Assembly: GCA_951406725.2 (NCBI GenBank)
Contig: OX597837.1
Coordinates: 36,270,001-36,334,000, forward strand
Origin: Octopus vulgaris
Lineage: Eukaryota
Length of the DNA: 64,000 nucleotides
Reading direction: 5' to 3'
The notes under the pieces are model-generated. The model ran no database searches, was not told the origin of the DNA, and worked only from the letters and a program-made list of their open reading frames with translations. Shown piece after piece: positions 14,918-29,729 of the stretch (position 1 is the stretch's first letter; each line of letters starts with the position of its first letter). The position numbers and the translations under genes are program-made.

Positions 14918-15311
14918 CATGTGTGTGTGTGTGTGTGTGTGTGATTACAACTGCTGGAATTTTTATGTCCTCGATCCTCAGGCAGCATACGAAGTACGGT
15001 GTGTGTGATCCTTTTTATCAAATTATATAAGATCCCAGGAAACCAGAGAAAAAAGTGTCCGAGTAAAAAGAAAAACGGAAAATATTTGAAAGAACAAACA
15101 AAAAATAAAAGGAAGAAGAAAAATCGTGCATTTTCTCGAAATAGTTGACATGTGTGTATGAAGAAGGGTGTTTGTGTGTGTGTGTGTGTATTTCTGTGCT
15201 TGTTGAACAGTGGAATTAAAACTAGATATGGTGCGAGTGTCAAAGTACTTGAAATTTATACATTAAGCTGTATGTGTGTACTTGAGTGTGGGTGTTTCTG
15301 TATGTGTGTCG

Positions 15312-15364
<53 letters not shown>

Positions 15365-15365
<1 letters not shown>

Positions 15366-15805
15366 GTACTGGTGTGTGGTTCTGCGGTTAAGAAACTTGC
15401 TTTGCAACCATGTGGTTCCGGGTTTTGTTCCACTCCACGGTAGCACCTTTGAGAAGTGTTACCTCTTTTAGCCTCGGGCCGACTGATGCGCCATGAGTGA
15501 ATTTGGTTGATGGAAACTGTTTGGAAGCTCGTCGTATATATATATATATATAATATATATGTGTGTGTGTGTATGTATATATATGCTTGTATATATTTAT
15601 ATATGTGTGTGTGCGTGTGTGTGTGTGTCCTTGTTTTTGTGTTTATCCACCGACCTCCTGACAACTGGATTGGTTTGTTTACATATTTGTAACTTAGCAA
15701 CCGATACCGATAGGATAAGGACCAAACTCAAAATAAAAGTGGTAGTGTCGATTTCTTCGAATAAACCCTTCGCGCCAGTGCTACAGCATGGCCGCAGTTG
15801 AATGT
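15365..15805 (+). mobile_element. SINE family A, full length, diverged
   Basis: Homology to 6094-6513, including head, microsatellite and cagcatggccgcagt tail. Confidence 0.8.
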
Positions 15806-15809
15806 CAGA

Positions 15810-16045
15810 TAACAGACCAGTCCGTCATCGCGATATAAACCCCCATCGTTCTCCCGCAATCGTCCAGAATGTAGATGGAAACGGCTTCACACATTATCGC
15901 TTCGTCGTCAGCACCAGACCCTATCATATACACCAATATCCACATCAAACAGTGACGTTTTCAAAACAGAACATAGATTTCCTGGTTGTAGCATAATGTG
16001 CCTATCCCATCGCTAATGGATGAGGCGTAAACGACCAAAATTCAA
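15810..16045 (-). pseudogene. Penelope-like reverse transcriptase remnant (Neptune-like)
   Basis: Minus-strand translation across frameshifts gives TRKSMFCF / SLFDVDIGVYD / MCEAVSIYIL / GLYRDDGL (15818-15841). This matches the PLE RT motifs RKSLLF, FDV.MGSYDGAEVCELVGLYIL and GLYRDDGL. Confidence 0.8.
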
Positions 16046-16559
16046 TACTCCGTGTAGGGATGGCTAAGTAATTTATGGATAAAAATCCACGATATCGATC
16101 CGTGTTATTCTACATCCGTGTTATTTCTTACATCCCTAATTTTCTTCAACCATGTTATAACCGAATAACTTTTTTCTGTAAGGAAAATATGCACATCCGC
16201 TTTTCATTTTAAACTAAATACCCCCAAAATCAGCTTGTAAAGAAAACCGAGTCTATTTTTGCAGGACTAATGAATATGTATTTAGGATTTTTAGCAAAAC
16301 TTGGTCTGTGATCTTTTAGTGTAATGTATGGATTTCTATTCTATCATCAATTGCCAGATCTGTAGCAATATCTTTCGCTTCCAGATAAATTGAATTCCAT
16401 GCATTGGTATGAGATTTTTTTCTGTAAATGTTTGTGATATTAGGAGATAGGAGTTCGTTGTACATTCTGCTCTATACAGTGCATAGAATATTAGTTTATA
16501 CACGCGCACACATGCATACACGTACAAATATATTCTTATATCTACCTATCTAGCTATTT

Positions 16560-16646
<87 letters not shown>

Positions 16647-16771
16647 ATATATTTAATTAGTAGAAGTAACAACAAGATCCAGTGACCGAGAATTTAGAGC
16701 TTGGTATGAAATTGCCCTCCTTGAGTCACGTCGTAACTTCTAGCTATTAGAAGTTTCCTTTTCACTTTCTC

Positions 16772-16802
<31 letters not shown>

Positions 16803-16941
16803 CTCCCTCTCTTTCTCACTCTTCCTCCTTCTCTCTCTATTTATCTATCGGTATATCTACTTACATTCTTCCCTACATACGCTCTCTATATATTACATAA
16901 TGTAACATAACGTAATATAATATATACATATACACACACAC

Positions 16942-16973
<32 letters not shown>

Positions 16974-17295
16974 GCACATATATACATATATACATATATA
17001 TGTGCATATATATATACATATATACATATATATATATATGCACATATATACATACATATATGCACATATATATATATATATATATATATGCACATATATA
17101 CATATATACATACATATATGCACATATATATATACACATATATATAGACATATATATATATATATATATATGCGTGCGTGCGTGGGCTCGCGTGCGTGTG
17201 TGTGTATATGTATATGGTACCCCAGTATCTTCCGTACTCTAATGACTGAAACAAGTAAAAGATACAAGATATGTACTCGTGTATATTTATATATG

Positions 17296-17330
<35 letters not shown>

Positions 17331-17892
17331 ATACGCGTTATGTATGTATACCGAATATATATCTATGTATCTATATATGTATATATGTGTATATATATAT
17401 GTATGTATGTATGTATGTATACGTGTTTGTGTGTCTGTATGTGTTTACCAATTTCTATAGAGAGGCAGAATCCGCTTCAATAAAATGACTGTATGTTGAC
17501 TGTCTGTTATTTTTGCATTAATTGGATACAAGATACGAAGATAGCGAAGGAAAGATCTTCTTTTAAATGACGGTTATTGTAACTGATAAAAACGGAAAAA
17601 ACAAAGAGTTCCTTTAAAGAATATTATTTTTAAAATATTAGAATGAAGTTCTTTGTAGTCAGCTTTGAACATTGCTGGCACCATCCTAGGAATATCTTCA
17701 GAAAGTGAAATTTCAATTTTAAAAAATATATATGCTAAACAAATTTCCCAGCATGCAGCAGACGGTTTTAAGATGAGGCAATGCATGAAAATATGTCGTC
17801 TGCTTCTAGCAATATTTTTTAGGCCACAGTAACGTATTGTATAATCTCGTTGTATAAGCTCTAGGTTTTTTTTTTTTTGTACGGTCTGCGGT

Positions 17893-17970
<78 letters not shown>

Positions 17971-18019
17971 TGTGTATGTATGTATGTATGCATATGTATG
18001 TATGTATGCATTAAGTATG

Positions 18020-18238
18020 ATAAAAATATTCAGACAAATACATAACAAAAATACCAGGATTAACAAATATATATATAACATACAGAAAGTAGCACTACTA
18101 AGCACTGCACACATCCTACGTAAAACACTTTCAATACAGTAAAAATAAAAGCATCACAACAAACCACAGCACATACCTAAGGCACAGAGCTTCGCTCGGT
18201 AGTGAAGTGAAAGCACGTGATAAAAATAAGACCACTGA

Positions 18239-18240
<2 letters not shown>
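18020..18240 (+). mobile_element. 3' fragment of an R4/Dong-like LINE with (AAT)n tail
   Basis: Translation YNIQKVALLSTAHILRKTLSIQ*, short 3' UTR, then (AAT)n at 18240-18365. Confidence 0.7.
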
Positions 18241-18285
<45 letters not shown>

Positions 18286-18300
18286 GTAATAGTAATAATA

Positions 18301-18366
<66 letters not shown>

Positions 18367-18805
18367 TCCTGATGCAGTACCAGGCAGTGGTTCTCGTGGC
18401 TTCTGATCATAACTGATTGGAAGTTTTATCATGTACATTGTTTTGTCTTGGTATAAAAGATGGGCTACAGCAACTATTCTGCTCAATACCACAGATTTGC
18501 TTGTCAGTTGTTTGACCTTAACCAGTTGAGCATGTCCCTTGGTGGCTGACGATATGTGCATCTCTGATCATGAGCAGAAGCAGTGGGGGAGCATCATAGC
18601 CATGTGTTGAGAGGGATTATTGGAGATTTGGATAATTCATCTTTGGAAACATGGGTGGTTCGTTCAACATCCTTAAACAATCCTTATTCAAGGACCAGAA
18701 GAAAATTCTAACTAGGCCCCACCTGCAAGGTCATGTGCTGTTCATCTTGATATGAGGTCACCATGTCGCGCACATATGGTTGTGATGCATGCCTGGTATA
18801 TATAT

Positions 18806-19670
18806 AGGGTACGGTGAATAAACTGTTGTTTAAATTACGTAAAAATGAAAATAACACTGACATCTCATTTTACAGATATATTTACCAAAATTACATAAAA
18901 ATATCTTGAAATATTAAAGATTAAATTTAATCAATAAAATCGCCTTTGGCTTCAACCACGGCATCGGGACGACTCCGGAATCTCCTGCAACTCTTCTGGA
19001 TGGTCTCCTTGTTTTTAGTTGGAAAATGCTGCCATCATCCTTCCCTTCAATTCATCTTTGGTGTTACAAAGAGTTTTGTTGGCCTTTCGCACAACTGTGC
19101 CCCGCACATAATTAATGAAGGGAGTTGCAGATGTTAGGGGTGATGCAGTCGTAGAAATTGTCTGACAGCCATGACTGGGTTCTCCTGCTTGTATGGCATG
19201 GTACAGTGTTGTGTTGCCAGAATTAGGGTGTTCCAGCAGCCACCCTCTTGACATAGGGCTGCACCAACTCCTGTAGGCCTCCGTGTTGCGCATGAGGCTG
19301 TGTGGGAAGATGAATGGAGGCAAAACTTCGCCCTCACGAGTGATCACTCCAAACACCATGATGTTGACTGGATGTTTGATTCTCATCACTCTTAGCACAT
19401 GTTTTGGGGACACGTTAAACCAACGGTTGTTCTGTGTGTTCGCCATCTGATCTTGGCAGAAAATTTTTGGAGCTTTTGGAGCAAATACCAAGCAGTACAG
19501 CATGTCGTTTCCAAATTTCTGGGAGAGTAAATTGCGTCTCAATGCTGTTTTTCTCACAGACGGTGCCCAACTGACCCTACTATGCTGTATAATCGCCAAA
19601 ATCAAAAGAATGTGCATGCGCAAAATTTAAAAAAATATAAAATAGCCACAATTTACCCATCGCACTCTGT
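18806..19670 (-). mobile_element. Decayed, internally deleted DD37D/maT-type (IS630-Tc1-mariner) transposon
   Basis: ORF 19015-19623 contains FCQDQMANTQNNRW...KHPVNIMVFGVITREGEVLPPFIFP and NKTLCNTKDELK. Degenerate TIRs are flanked by TA. Confidence 0.8.
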
Positions 19671-20283
19671 ATGTTCATTCTGGAGTAACATGCAAGGAAT
19701 ACACTTGTAAAATGTCATTTAGTTAAAAAATGAAAAAGAAGGAAAATAGAAACGGTAAGGGTGGGTGGGGACGCTAAAGTACAAAAGAGCAAGCATCACT
19801 GAATTGTAGTACAGGATGCCGATAGCTATCAAATATCTGTTATTAAAATTACAACAGCACCACCAACGCCACCAACACCGACAACAACAACAACAACAAC
19901 AACAACAACACCAACGACATCATTCCGTATTTATTAACTGAAGATATTGTATATTCCATGATAATATCGTACTTACGCACATCCGTAGTATAATAAATAT
20001 ATATCACACACGCCCCATCTTTTTATCCAATGTTTATTACGACGGCAATATCAATATCATGTTATATCCTTATTGCTTCGCTAATTATATGTATTTTTGT
20101 TTTGTTTTGTTTGGTTCTTTTTTTTTTTTGCTTTTGTTTTTGTTTTTTTTTCTTTTTCGTTTGTTTGTTTGTTTTGGTTTTTTTGTTGTTGTTGTGATTT
20201 TGTTTGTATCTTTTTATTTATTTGTTTGTGTGTTTCTTGTTTTCTGCTCGTTTCGTCGTTCAATATTGCTCAGATAGCATGTA

Positions 20284-20320
<37 letters not shown>

Positions 20321-20352
20321 AGTGTGTGTGTGTGTTATGTTGTGCGTGTATG

Positions 20353-20401
<49 letters not shown>

Positions 20402-20512
20402 CTATATATATATATATGTGTACGTATATATGTACGTATATATATATATGTGTGTGTGTGTGTGTGCGTGTTATATTGGGCGTGTATGTTTGTATTGTGT
20501 ATGTATACTTGT

Positions 20513-20543
<31 letters not shown>

Positions 20544-20899
20544 CGTGTCTGTTTGTGTTGTGTATGTATATATGTATGTATGCATGTATATATATGTATG
20601 TGTGTGTGTGTGTTTGTGTGTGTGCTTTTACACTAATGCGTTTTACGTGTGTGCACGTCTGAACGAGTGTGCATAAATCTATACACAGATACATTTGTGC
20701 TTGTGTGTGTGTGTATATATATATATATGTATATATAAGGATATATATATATGTGTGTGTATATATAAGGATATATATATATGTTTATATACATACTTAC
20801 ACACATATACATACATGTGTGTGTGTGTAGGTACAAACGTGAGTGCGTACGAGCATGTTATTAACCGGAATGTGCAACAGAACCAGAAAGCAAATTATT

Positions 20900-20992
20900 A
20901 AAATACCACCCCCTCCACCACTACCACCAATTCCCTTCCCTTCTATTACTACTACTACTACTACTACTACTGAAAGTAATAACAACAACAAC

Positions 20993-21060
<68 letters not shown>

Positions 21061-21104
21061 TAAATAACAACAACAACAGTAATAACAACAACAACAACAA
21101 CAAC

Positions 21105-21147
<43 letters not shown>

Positions 21148-21937
21148 GTCAAATGCATTTCCATTATTAGCGTCATTACCAGCTCATTTTCCCGACACCA
21201 CAAGCACCACCCTCATAATCATCACAATTATCGTCATCATCATCATCAATAGCACTCCATCTCCATCACCGCCGCCGCCGCCGCCACCATCACCAACCGC
21301 CATATCATCCTCACCATCATCCTCATCATCCTCATCATCATCATCATCATCACCAACAACAACAACAAGAATGCCACGTCGCTAACACTGTAAGCTTGAT
21401 GATCTGCATCATCATCATCATCATCACCATCATCACCATCACCATCACCACAAACGCTGCCACCACCACCACCGCCGCCACCGCCGCCGTAGACTATAAG
21501 ATGCTGGTGCTCCCATCTGAAGAATGAGATGAAGGTAGCCATGATATTAATGTCGGCTTATTGGTGTAATTTAGATCGACATCACCGTCTCCACCACCAC
21601 CACAACCACCGCCACTACCACCACCATCAACACCATTACACTCACAATCAGCTACGTCATCATCGTCAACGCTACCACCATCACCACCACCAACACCACC
21701 AACACCACCACCAACACTATTACCATCATCATCAGCAGCAGCAGCATCAGCATCGTGATTTCTAATTATCATCCTCATCTTCGTCGGCGTCATCATCGTC
21801 AAATTTTCATTACTACTACCACCGGATCCGCCGCCTCCATCATCATCACCATCACCATCATCATCACCATCATCATCATCATCCTCATCGTCATCATCAT
21901 CATCACCATCACCATCATCATCACCATCATCATCATC

Positions 21938-21990
<53 letters not shown>

Positions 21991-22430
21991 CATCATCAGC
22001 ATCATCATCATCATCAACAACAACAACAACAACATCGTCGTCATCATCGTCATCATCATCATTATAACCATCATCATCACCACTACAGCTACCTTCATCA
22101 CCACCTCCACCGCCACTACCACAATCATCATCGTCATCATCACCGCTACCATCACCACCAGCATCATCATCATCATCATCCTCATCGTCGACGTGAACAT
22201 CATCATCATCATCATCGTCATCATATTTAGCACGAATTAGAAATAAAACAAGAACAGCGACAATACCACTGTTCATACAACCACCACAACAACAACAACA
22301 ACAACAAAACCAGCATTACATGTGCGACAGTGCGCATGTGCTCTTGTTCATTTTGTAAATCAGTTGTTGTTGTTGTTGTTGTTGTTATTGTTGTGCTGCT
22401 GCTGTTGTTGGCGTTGTTGTCGCAGTTGTG
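20900..22430. repeat. Mosaic trinucleotide microsatellite domain (ACT, AAT, AAC, CAT, CAC)n
   Basis: Direct inspection. Confidence 0.9.
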
Positions 22431-22451
22431 TTACCCAAATGCACCAAACCT

Positions 22452-22571
<120 letters not shown>

Positions 22572-22579
22572 TAGATACA

Positions 22580-22643
<64 letters not shown>

Positions 22644-22665
22644 TACATATACACATACGTATATA

Positions 22666-23695
22666 TACTGAACTACAAAAGCACTTGCGGGGCCGATTCC
22701 GGAGGGCAACGGAATCAGCTTGGCAAATCCCATTAGGGACTCACCACAGGCCCATTTGTTCAGAGACAGTTCGCCGCCGGCTGAGATCTTTCAACTTGGC
22801 TTGTCGACGTCCGGCTTGGGACTCCATCCTCACAGACCGTCATCGACGAGCACGTCTGGTGTGGGCTCAAAAAGGTCAGAACTGGCGATATCAATATTGG
22901 AGGACTGTGGTCTTCTCTTACGAAAGTCGATATTGCATTTCTGTGGCAGATGGCAGAGCTAGGGTTTGGAGAAGAATGTGTGGAGGTCATGCCGATGACT
23001 GTGTGGTGGAGAGAGGCTCATGGGAAGGACAGAGCATCATGGTATGGGGTGGCATTGCACTTAACTAGAAACTTGGACTTGTGATCTTCCAAAACATCGG
23101 CCAAGGTTGGGGCAATGGGGTAACTGCTGCTCACTACATCGACCAAGTGCTGAGGCCTCACATTGCCATACTTTGCCCATCATTGGAATCACGTGTTCCA
23201 ACACGACAACACCCGTGCCCATACTGCCAGTTTCACAAAAGACTTCCTCCAACAGGACAACATCCAGACACTGCCATGGCCTTCCTTAAGTCCGGACTCG
23301 AACGCCATAGAGCACCTGTGGGACAAAATCCAAAGAAGGCTAAATGACATCCATTCAAGACCGCCAACTTCGGCACAACTCACTGCAAGTTTTAACAGAG
23401 TGCGGGCTGCTATCCCCTTGGCCTTCATTAGTCGTTTGGCGCATTCAATGTTCAGGAGTTGCCTGGCGGTAATCGACGCTAGCAGTGGTTATACGAGATA
23501 TTGAGTTCATCGCTTTGGATCCAGGACACTCCGTCATCACGTGACACCATGTGACGTCACACATGTTTAGGGAAATGGCGTTTTATCATTAGAAAAGAAC
23601 GGTTTCTTAATTAGCACTTTTCAATCAATGCTATGGCAGTCTGTTAATAAACCAGTTTCTATTTAGTATGTATACGGCGTTTCTTTTGTGGTTCA

Positions 23696-23698
<3 letters not shown>
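22666..23698 (+). mobile_element. Tc1-family (DD34E) transposon, 5'-internally deleted pseudogene
   Basis: TIRs tactgaactacaaaag / cttttgtggttcagta in a TA context. Motifs WRTVVFSYESR (first D lost), SIMVWGGI, FQHDNTRAH and WPSLSPDSNAIEHLWD are split by a stop and frameshifts. Confidence 0.9.
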
Positions 23699-23761
<63 letters not shown>

Positions 23762-23765
<4 letters not shown>

Positions 23766-23943
23766 TGAGAATTTACAAAAAGAAAAACAAAAGACGAAGA
23801 CGAGTGTTTAAATAGCAAACAGATGTATTAGTTTAACGCTCGGGAAGTGAGAAAGTCTTTTACATTTCGAGTCTATGCTCTTCGACAGAGAGGAACACAG
23901 AAATAAACAGGGCGAGAAAATAGAATCTAGCGATCTATCGTGG
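23762..23943 (-). mobile_element. Short PLE-type pLTR unit with minimal HHR-like motif (23857-23892)
   Basis: The reverse complement reads CTGTCGA-a-GAGC-ata-GACTC-GAAATGT-A-aaag. Homologous to 39478-39610 and 51940-52120, and ends in (TA)n. Confidence 0.6.
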
Positions 23944-24756
23944 TGAATGTGTGTATTCTTACACACACGTTGGTACAAGTGCATACAGAGGCACATGGAA
24001 TTGCTTATGGATACTATTCACACACATTAAAACACATACACCCACAAACACACACATTCACACATTTATCCACATACACAGACATACCTACACGCACACA
24101 TGCACACACGCATACATCGATATAAACACAGACACATCCACGCAGCATATGATACATGCGCATACCAACACACAGACAGAATATGTACACATATCTACAC
24201 AAGCCTACACAACATATAGATACACACATGCCTACACACATTCCACACATACACAGTCACACACACACACGTACATATATATACATCGGTATACCCACAC
24301 ACACGTAGACAAATACACAGCATATACATATACTTAGCTATACACAAATATAAGTACACATGCACAAGATACACACTCACACACACACACACAACACATA
24401 CATCAATATACACACATAAGCACACAGACACACATACACAAAGAACATACGCATATCTGCACACACACACATACACGTACAAATACGGACAAACTGACAG
24501 TATATATACCTACACACACACACACAAATATATACATACACAAGACGCATATACACACACAACACATACATCGATATATACGCATAAACACACACACAGA
24601 CACAGACATATACACAAAGCACATACATACGCATATCAATACACACACACATACATACATACACACATACATACACACACATATATATACACACGCACAC
24701 ACATACACACACACACAGACACAGACATATACACAAAGCACATACATATGCATACC

Positions 24757-24810
<54 letters not shown>

Positions 24811-25077
24811 TCCAGGCGTCAACCATTCCATGTTAGTAAATGGCTGCGAGACAGAAACTAACTCAGCGGAACATATTAAATTCGGAGGGGAGGGGCAGGT
24901 GAGGAGAGGAGAGGCACAATTTCATAACAGAAGCATCAACAACGACAACAGGAACAACAACAACAACTACAAGAACTAAATCAGCAACAATAACAACATC
25001 ACCAACAACATGAAACATCGACAACAAGAACGAGAACAAGAAAAAATGTACCAAATGCAACAAGATTTTAAAACAAG

Positions 25078-25120
<43 letters not shown>

Positions 25121-25576
25121 GCAACAACAACAACAACAACAGGAACGAAAGCAGCAATAACAATGACAACAGCAACAAAAGTGACGTCATCATCATCAGC
25201 ATCATCGTCATCATAATCGTCGTCGTGGTCGTCGTCATCACCAACACCAACACCGTTATCACCATTACCATCACTATCATCATAATCATGGTCATCATAA
25301 TCCCGATCATCGTCATCATCATCATCATCATCATAATCACCGTCATCATCATCATCATCATCACATCATCATCATCGTCGTCATCGTCGTTATCGTAATC
25401 GTCATCATAATCGTCGTCATCATCATCATCATCCTCATCATCATTATCACCATCATCATCATAATCGTCATCATCATCTTAAACATCGTCATCATCATGA
25501 TGATCTTCATCATCATCGTCGTCATCATCATAATCGCCATCACCGTAATGGTCGTCGTCGTGAGAAACATCAATGC

Positions 25577-25612
<36 letters not shown>

Positions 25613-25971
25613 ATGCATAGAAATAACAACAATAGGTTCGTATCGACATCAACAATACAACGACCGTAACACCATCACCACCACCACCAACAACAACAAC
25701 AGCACCTGGAGCTAGACAACAACGTAAGGAGCACCAGCACCACTACTCTCACCACCACCGCCACCACGACCTACACCACCACCATTACCACAACCACAGC
25801 CACTACCGCTACAAATACCAGTACAATCCATTATCCCATTATCACCTTCACCACCCCACCCCCACCACCACCACCACTTCGATTAGCTACAGTTTTGCGA
25901 AAGCATTGAATTATCGATGGTTTTCGGCCCCACTGAAAACCATGTCCACCAAGCGAAGAATATGGGGAGAA

Positions 25972-26282
25972 AATTAACGCACTATTCGATGCGCCTTTAA
26001 CTCTGAATTAACGTACTATTCGAGACGCCTTTAACTCTGAATTAACGTACTATTCGAGACGCCTTTAACTCTGAATTAACGCACTTTTCGAGACGCCTTT
26101 AACTCTGAATTAACGCATTATTCGAGACGCCTTTAACTCTGAATTAACGCATTATTCGAGACGCCTTTAACTCTGAATTGGCGCACTGTTCGAGGCACCT
26201 TTAACTCTGAATTAACGTACTATTCGAGGCACCTTTAGCTTTAGCGCACTATTCTGAGCTAAGGCGTCTCGAATAGTGCGCT
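25972..26282. repeat. 34-bp tandem repeat, about 8 copies, ending in an inverted partial unit
   Basis: Unit aattaacgtactattcgagacgcctttaactctg with period 34. Terminal hairpin agcgcactattc...gaatagtgcgct at 26243-26282. Confidence 0.92.
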
Positions 26283-26309
26283 GCACGTCATAGGGTGCCC
26301 ACCTGGTTT

Positions 26310-26590
26310 TCCGTCGTTTACGACGATGTATGCTCCTGTCGATTGTATCAACGCTTGGGAAAGTAACGTGTTCCAGCGACATGCGTAGTTGTGAAGGAGA
26401 TTCAGTATGACAAAGAATGTAACAATGCTGGCCCCCTTTGAATTACAGGTACAATTCATTTTTGTCAGCTTTGCGGACTGGAGCAACGTGAAATAAAGTG
26501 TCATGCTCAAGGACACAACGCGCAGCCGGAATTCGATCTCAGGTCCTTACGATCGTGAACCAAATATCGTAACCACTGAGCTACTAGCCT
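26310..26590 (-). mobile_element. tRNA-derived SINE (family B)
   Basis: Homologous to 30775-31092 and to the 3' part of 55622-55950. Confidence 0.7.
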
Positions 26591-26609
26591 ATCATGAAGT
26601 AATTTGCCA

Positions 26610-27880
26610 CGCTGCTGACAGTCGTAGGGCTGTCGAAAAGCCTTCAACAGTTTGTCCCCTGGCAAGACAACAGGACAAGATGGGAGGTTCATCAGAGGCC
26701 ATCGGGTGCGGGAAAAGCCGCCCTGTTAAACCATTTGTGGGGACTATTCTGTCAGCGCTTAAAAGGAGGATCAGTACTACAAGGCAAGACATTGTCATCC
26801 TGGATAAGAACAAAATGACAGAAGCGATTGTAACAATTACAGGAGAAACCCTTTACGAGGTCACTTACCAGAATGGTCCTCAATAGACAGCTGAAAATCA
26901 CCGAAAGGGTTCATCCCAAGATTCTGTGTGGTTTTTAGGCAAGAATATCTCACAATCAACGCGAGTTCTTCCTTCGACAGCTACGCGAGATATGATGAGA
27001 GCAAAGGAAGAAAACTCAATATTACGTTTTTTTCTCCCTCGTGGCGATGACCTTTGTCTATCTCAGTACAGACGGTCTTTATATCCTAGTGCGATTATAA
27101 ATATAAATATAATGGCGCTCCACTGCCATTAATCGTATCAAAGTCTACCATATGCTGAACCAAAAAGAAAGCTGAAGTTCTCCAAGATAATTCAATCATT
27201 TTACACAGATATAAATGCCGTAGATTGACGGTGTCTCTTCGGACCTTTCCGACATGCACAGCGGCATGAAGTAGGCTGTGTGCTTTCTCTGCCCTTACCC
27301 CATTCAGCCTCTTCTTCGCAGTCATATTTAGGCAAGCGTTTAGCATATCAACTGATGGTGTCTGCCCTCACAACAGATCGAACGGGAAGCTACTTAGCCA
27401 GTCCCGATTGAGAACCAACTCTAAGATAGGTGAATAGCCGATCAGGAACTTTCTATTTTGTGAACAAAGGGAGTTTGGCACCACACTTCAAAGAACAAAT
27501 AGAACTCCTTATCGACAGCTTCTCAAGAGCCTGGCCGGACTCAGTTTGACCATCGGCCCATAAAATATAAATATAATGGCGCTCCACTGCCATTAACCGT
27601 ATCACAAAGTCTTCCATATGCTGAACAAAAAAGAAAGCTGAAATATCAGTCCCTTGCAGGTATATGAACAAATTCCTCTTGAATAACTTTTTAGTTGCCG
27701 ACAGAATAACTATCACCGTCTCCATTCACACAGATCTTTGGTTAAAACTATTCCGTAACACCAATTGTAGTAATTCTTCTCTGTACATCGCCACACTAAT
27801 CCCTTCCACAATATGGGATCCCACTGAATATGATATTCAATGGGAACTGATGAGCCCAGTCCCTGAAGGTCTATTTTAAG
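26610..27880 (+). pseudogene. RTE-clade LINE reverse transcriptase remnant, heavily decayed
   Basis: Frame-shifted peptides KAFNSLSPGKTTGQDG, IVILDKNK..DRSDCNNYR, VLNRQLKITERVHPKILCGFRQ, FSLFFAVIFRQAFSISTDGV, RSNGKLLSQSRLR..IRNFLF and LIDSFS...LSLTI match the RTE RT motif order. Confidence 0.8.
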
Positions 27881-28222
27881 ACCCCCACCATCACCACGAG
27901 AACTGATACCATCTATACCACCCTCACTATCACCAATAACCACCACCATCAACACCACTACCACCACCAACAACAACACCATTAACCCCACCACACCATC
28001 TCTAACACTCTACTAAAACAATGAACAGCAACAGCTCAACACCACGTGATCAGCGGCCTTGATCGGTGAAGAAGCATTAGATCGGTTTCAATCAGGAATC
28101 GAAACTGTAACGCCAGGTTCATTCAGTGCAAGCTGACCAAGACTTGTTTTACAGTCTCAACACAGAATATACTGGAGTAATAAACAGCTTCAAGGAAACA
28201 GTGTGTATATAGAGGGAGATAA

Positions 28223-28299
<77 letters not shown>

Positions 28300-28450
28300 C
28301 AGATAGATAGACAGACAGATACACATACATACACATATATATACGTATATATATATATAAGCACACACATATATAATAATTATACTTAAAAATTATTTTA
28401 AATATACACATATATATACACATACAACACACATCCTTAGACACACACAC

Positions 28451-28550
<100 letters not shown>

Positions 28551-28596
28551 ATATTTCGGAATGGTCATATATATATATATATACATACATACACTC

Positions 28597-28627
<31 letters not shown>

Positions 28628-29155
28628 CATATATATACCTGAGCTTGCGCATGTGTGTGCCTATGCATATATGTATCTGTGAGTTTGCGTGAATAATGTT
28701 TGGATATCTGTATTCTTCAATATTTACTCTTTCGTACAGATGGCCTCGGGTGGAACCTAACAACAAAACAATGGAAATAAACACAAAATAAATAAATAAA
28801 TAAATAAAGTCAGCGACAATTGAGAAAAAATATCTAGCCAGAATTTTTTTTTCTTATTTCTTTATCGCCTTCCATATCTTATTTCTTTCTTTATCTCCTT
28901 CCATATAAAACGTTCTCCAACGTAAACAATGGACATTTCTACTATTTCGTACGAAATAAGTAGACAGTACTTGATTCCAGACTTATCTTTCGAAATTCTT
29001 CGAAATTCTTTAACATTAATTAATTAATTAATGATTATATCAATATTTATAAGTCTGCACATTGTCCGAATCGGTGGAGCCTTTTTTTGTTTCTTTGTTG
29101 TTTGAGTGTTTTTTTCATCTTTTATTCTAATATTTTTATATATTTTAACATTATA

Positions 29156-29310
29156 GGCGCAGGCGGTAAGAAGGTTGCTTCCCAACCACATGGTTCTGAG
29201 TTCAGTCCCGCTGCATGAGACACCTTGGGCAAGTGCCTTCAACTATAACTCGGGGTAACCAAAAACTGGTGAGTGGATTGGAGTGTTGGAAACTGATTGA
29301 AGCCCGTCGT
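29156..29310 (+). mobile_element. SINE family A 5' half
   Basis: Homology to 6094-6255. Confidence 0.8.
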
Positions 29311-29370
29311 GTGTATGTATATATATATATATATATATACATACATACATACATACATACATACATACAT

Positions 29371-29431
<61 letters not shown>

Positions 29432-29439
29432 TGTTCCTT

Positions 29440-29712
29440 CTTAAGCCATGCCTGGCCCATTAGGGCCGGTTTCCCGGTTTCCTTGACGTATAGGTTCCCC
29501 ACCTGGACGGAGCACCGGTTCGTCGCAGGTGAGCTGCAAGATGCAGGAGGAAAGAGTGAGAGAAAGTTGTGGCGAAAGAAGTTCACCATTACCTTCTGCC
29601 GGAGCCGCGTGGAGCTTAGGTGTTTCGCTTATAAACACACACATCGCCCGGTCTGTGATTCGAACCCGCGATCCTTCGACCGCGAGTCCGCTGCTCTAAC
29701 CACTAGGCCATG
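29440..29712 (-). mobile_element. tRNA-derived SINE with well-preserved Pol III A/B boxes
   Basis: The reverse-complement head reads TGGCCTAGTGGTTAGAGC...GGGTTCGAATC. The body is shared with 55640-55750. Confidence 0.8.
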
Positions 29713-29729
29713 TATATATACTGGTGTCG

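Noticed and set aside
16055-16138. tagggatg/catcccta hAT-like termini
   Set aside because: The match is only 8 bp and there is no TSD.
18366-18795. Complex sequence between (AAT)n and the DD37D element
   Set aside because: It is probably an interspersed repeat, but there is no second copy, TIR or ORF in the window to support a call.
25972-26243. CRISPR-like repeat length (34 bp)
   Set aside because: The units are contiguous with no unique spacers, there are no cas genes, and the context is eukaryotic.
27847-27885. CTGATGA motif
   Set aside because: There is no stem II, and it has GAAG instead of GAAA.
29640-29712. Functional tRNA gene
   Set aside because: The A/B boxes are good, but the sequence continues into a SINE body shared with other copies and has no acceptor stem or terminator.
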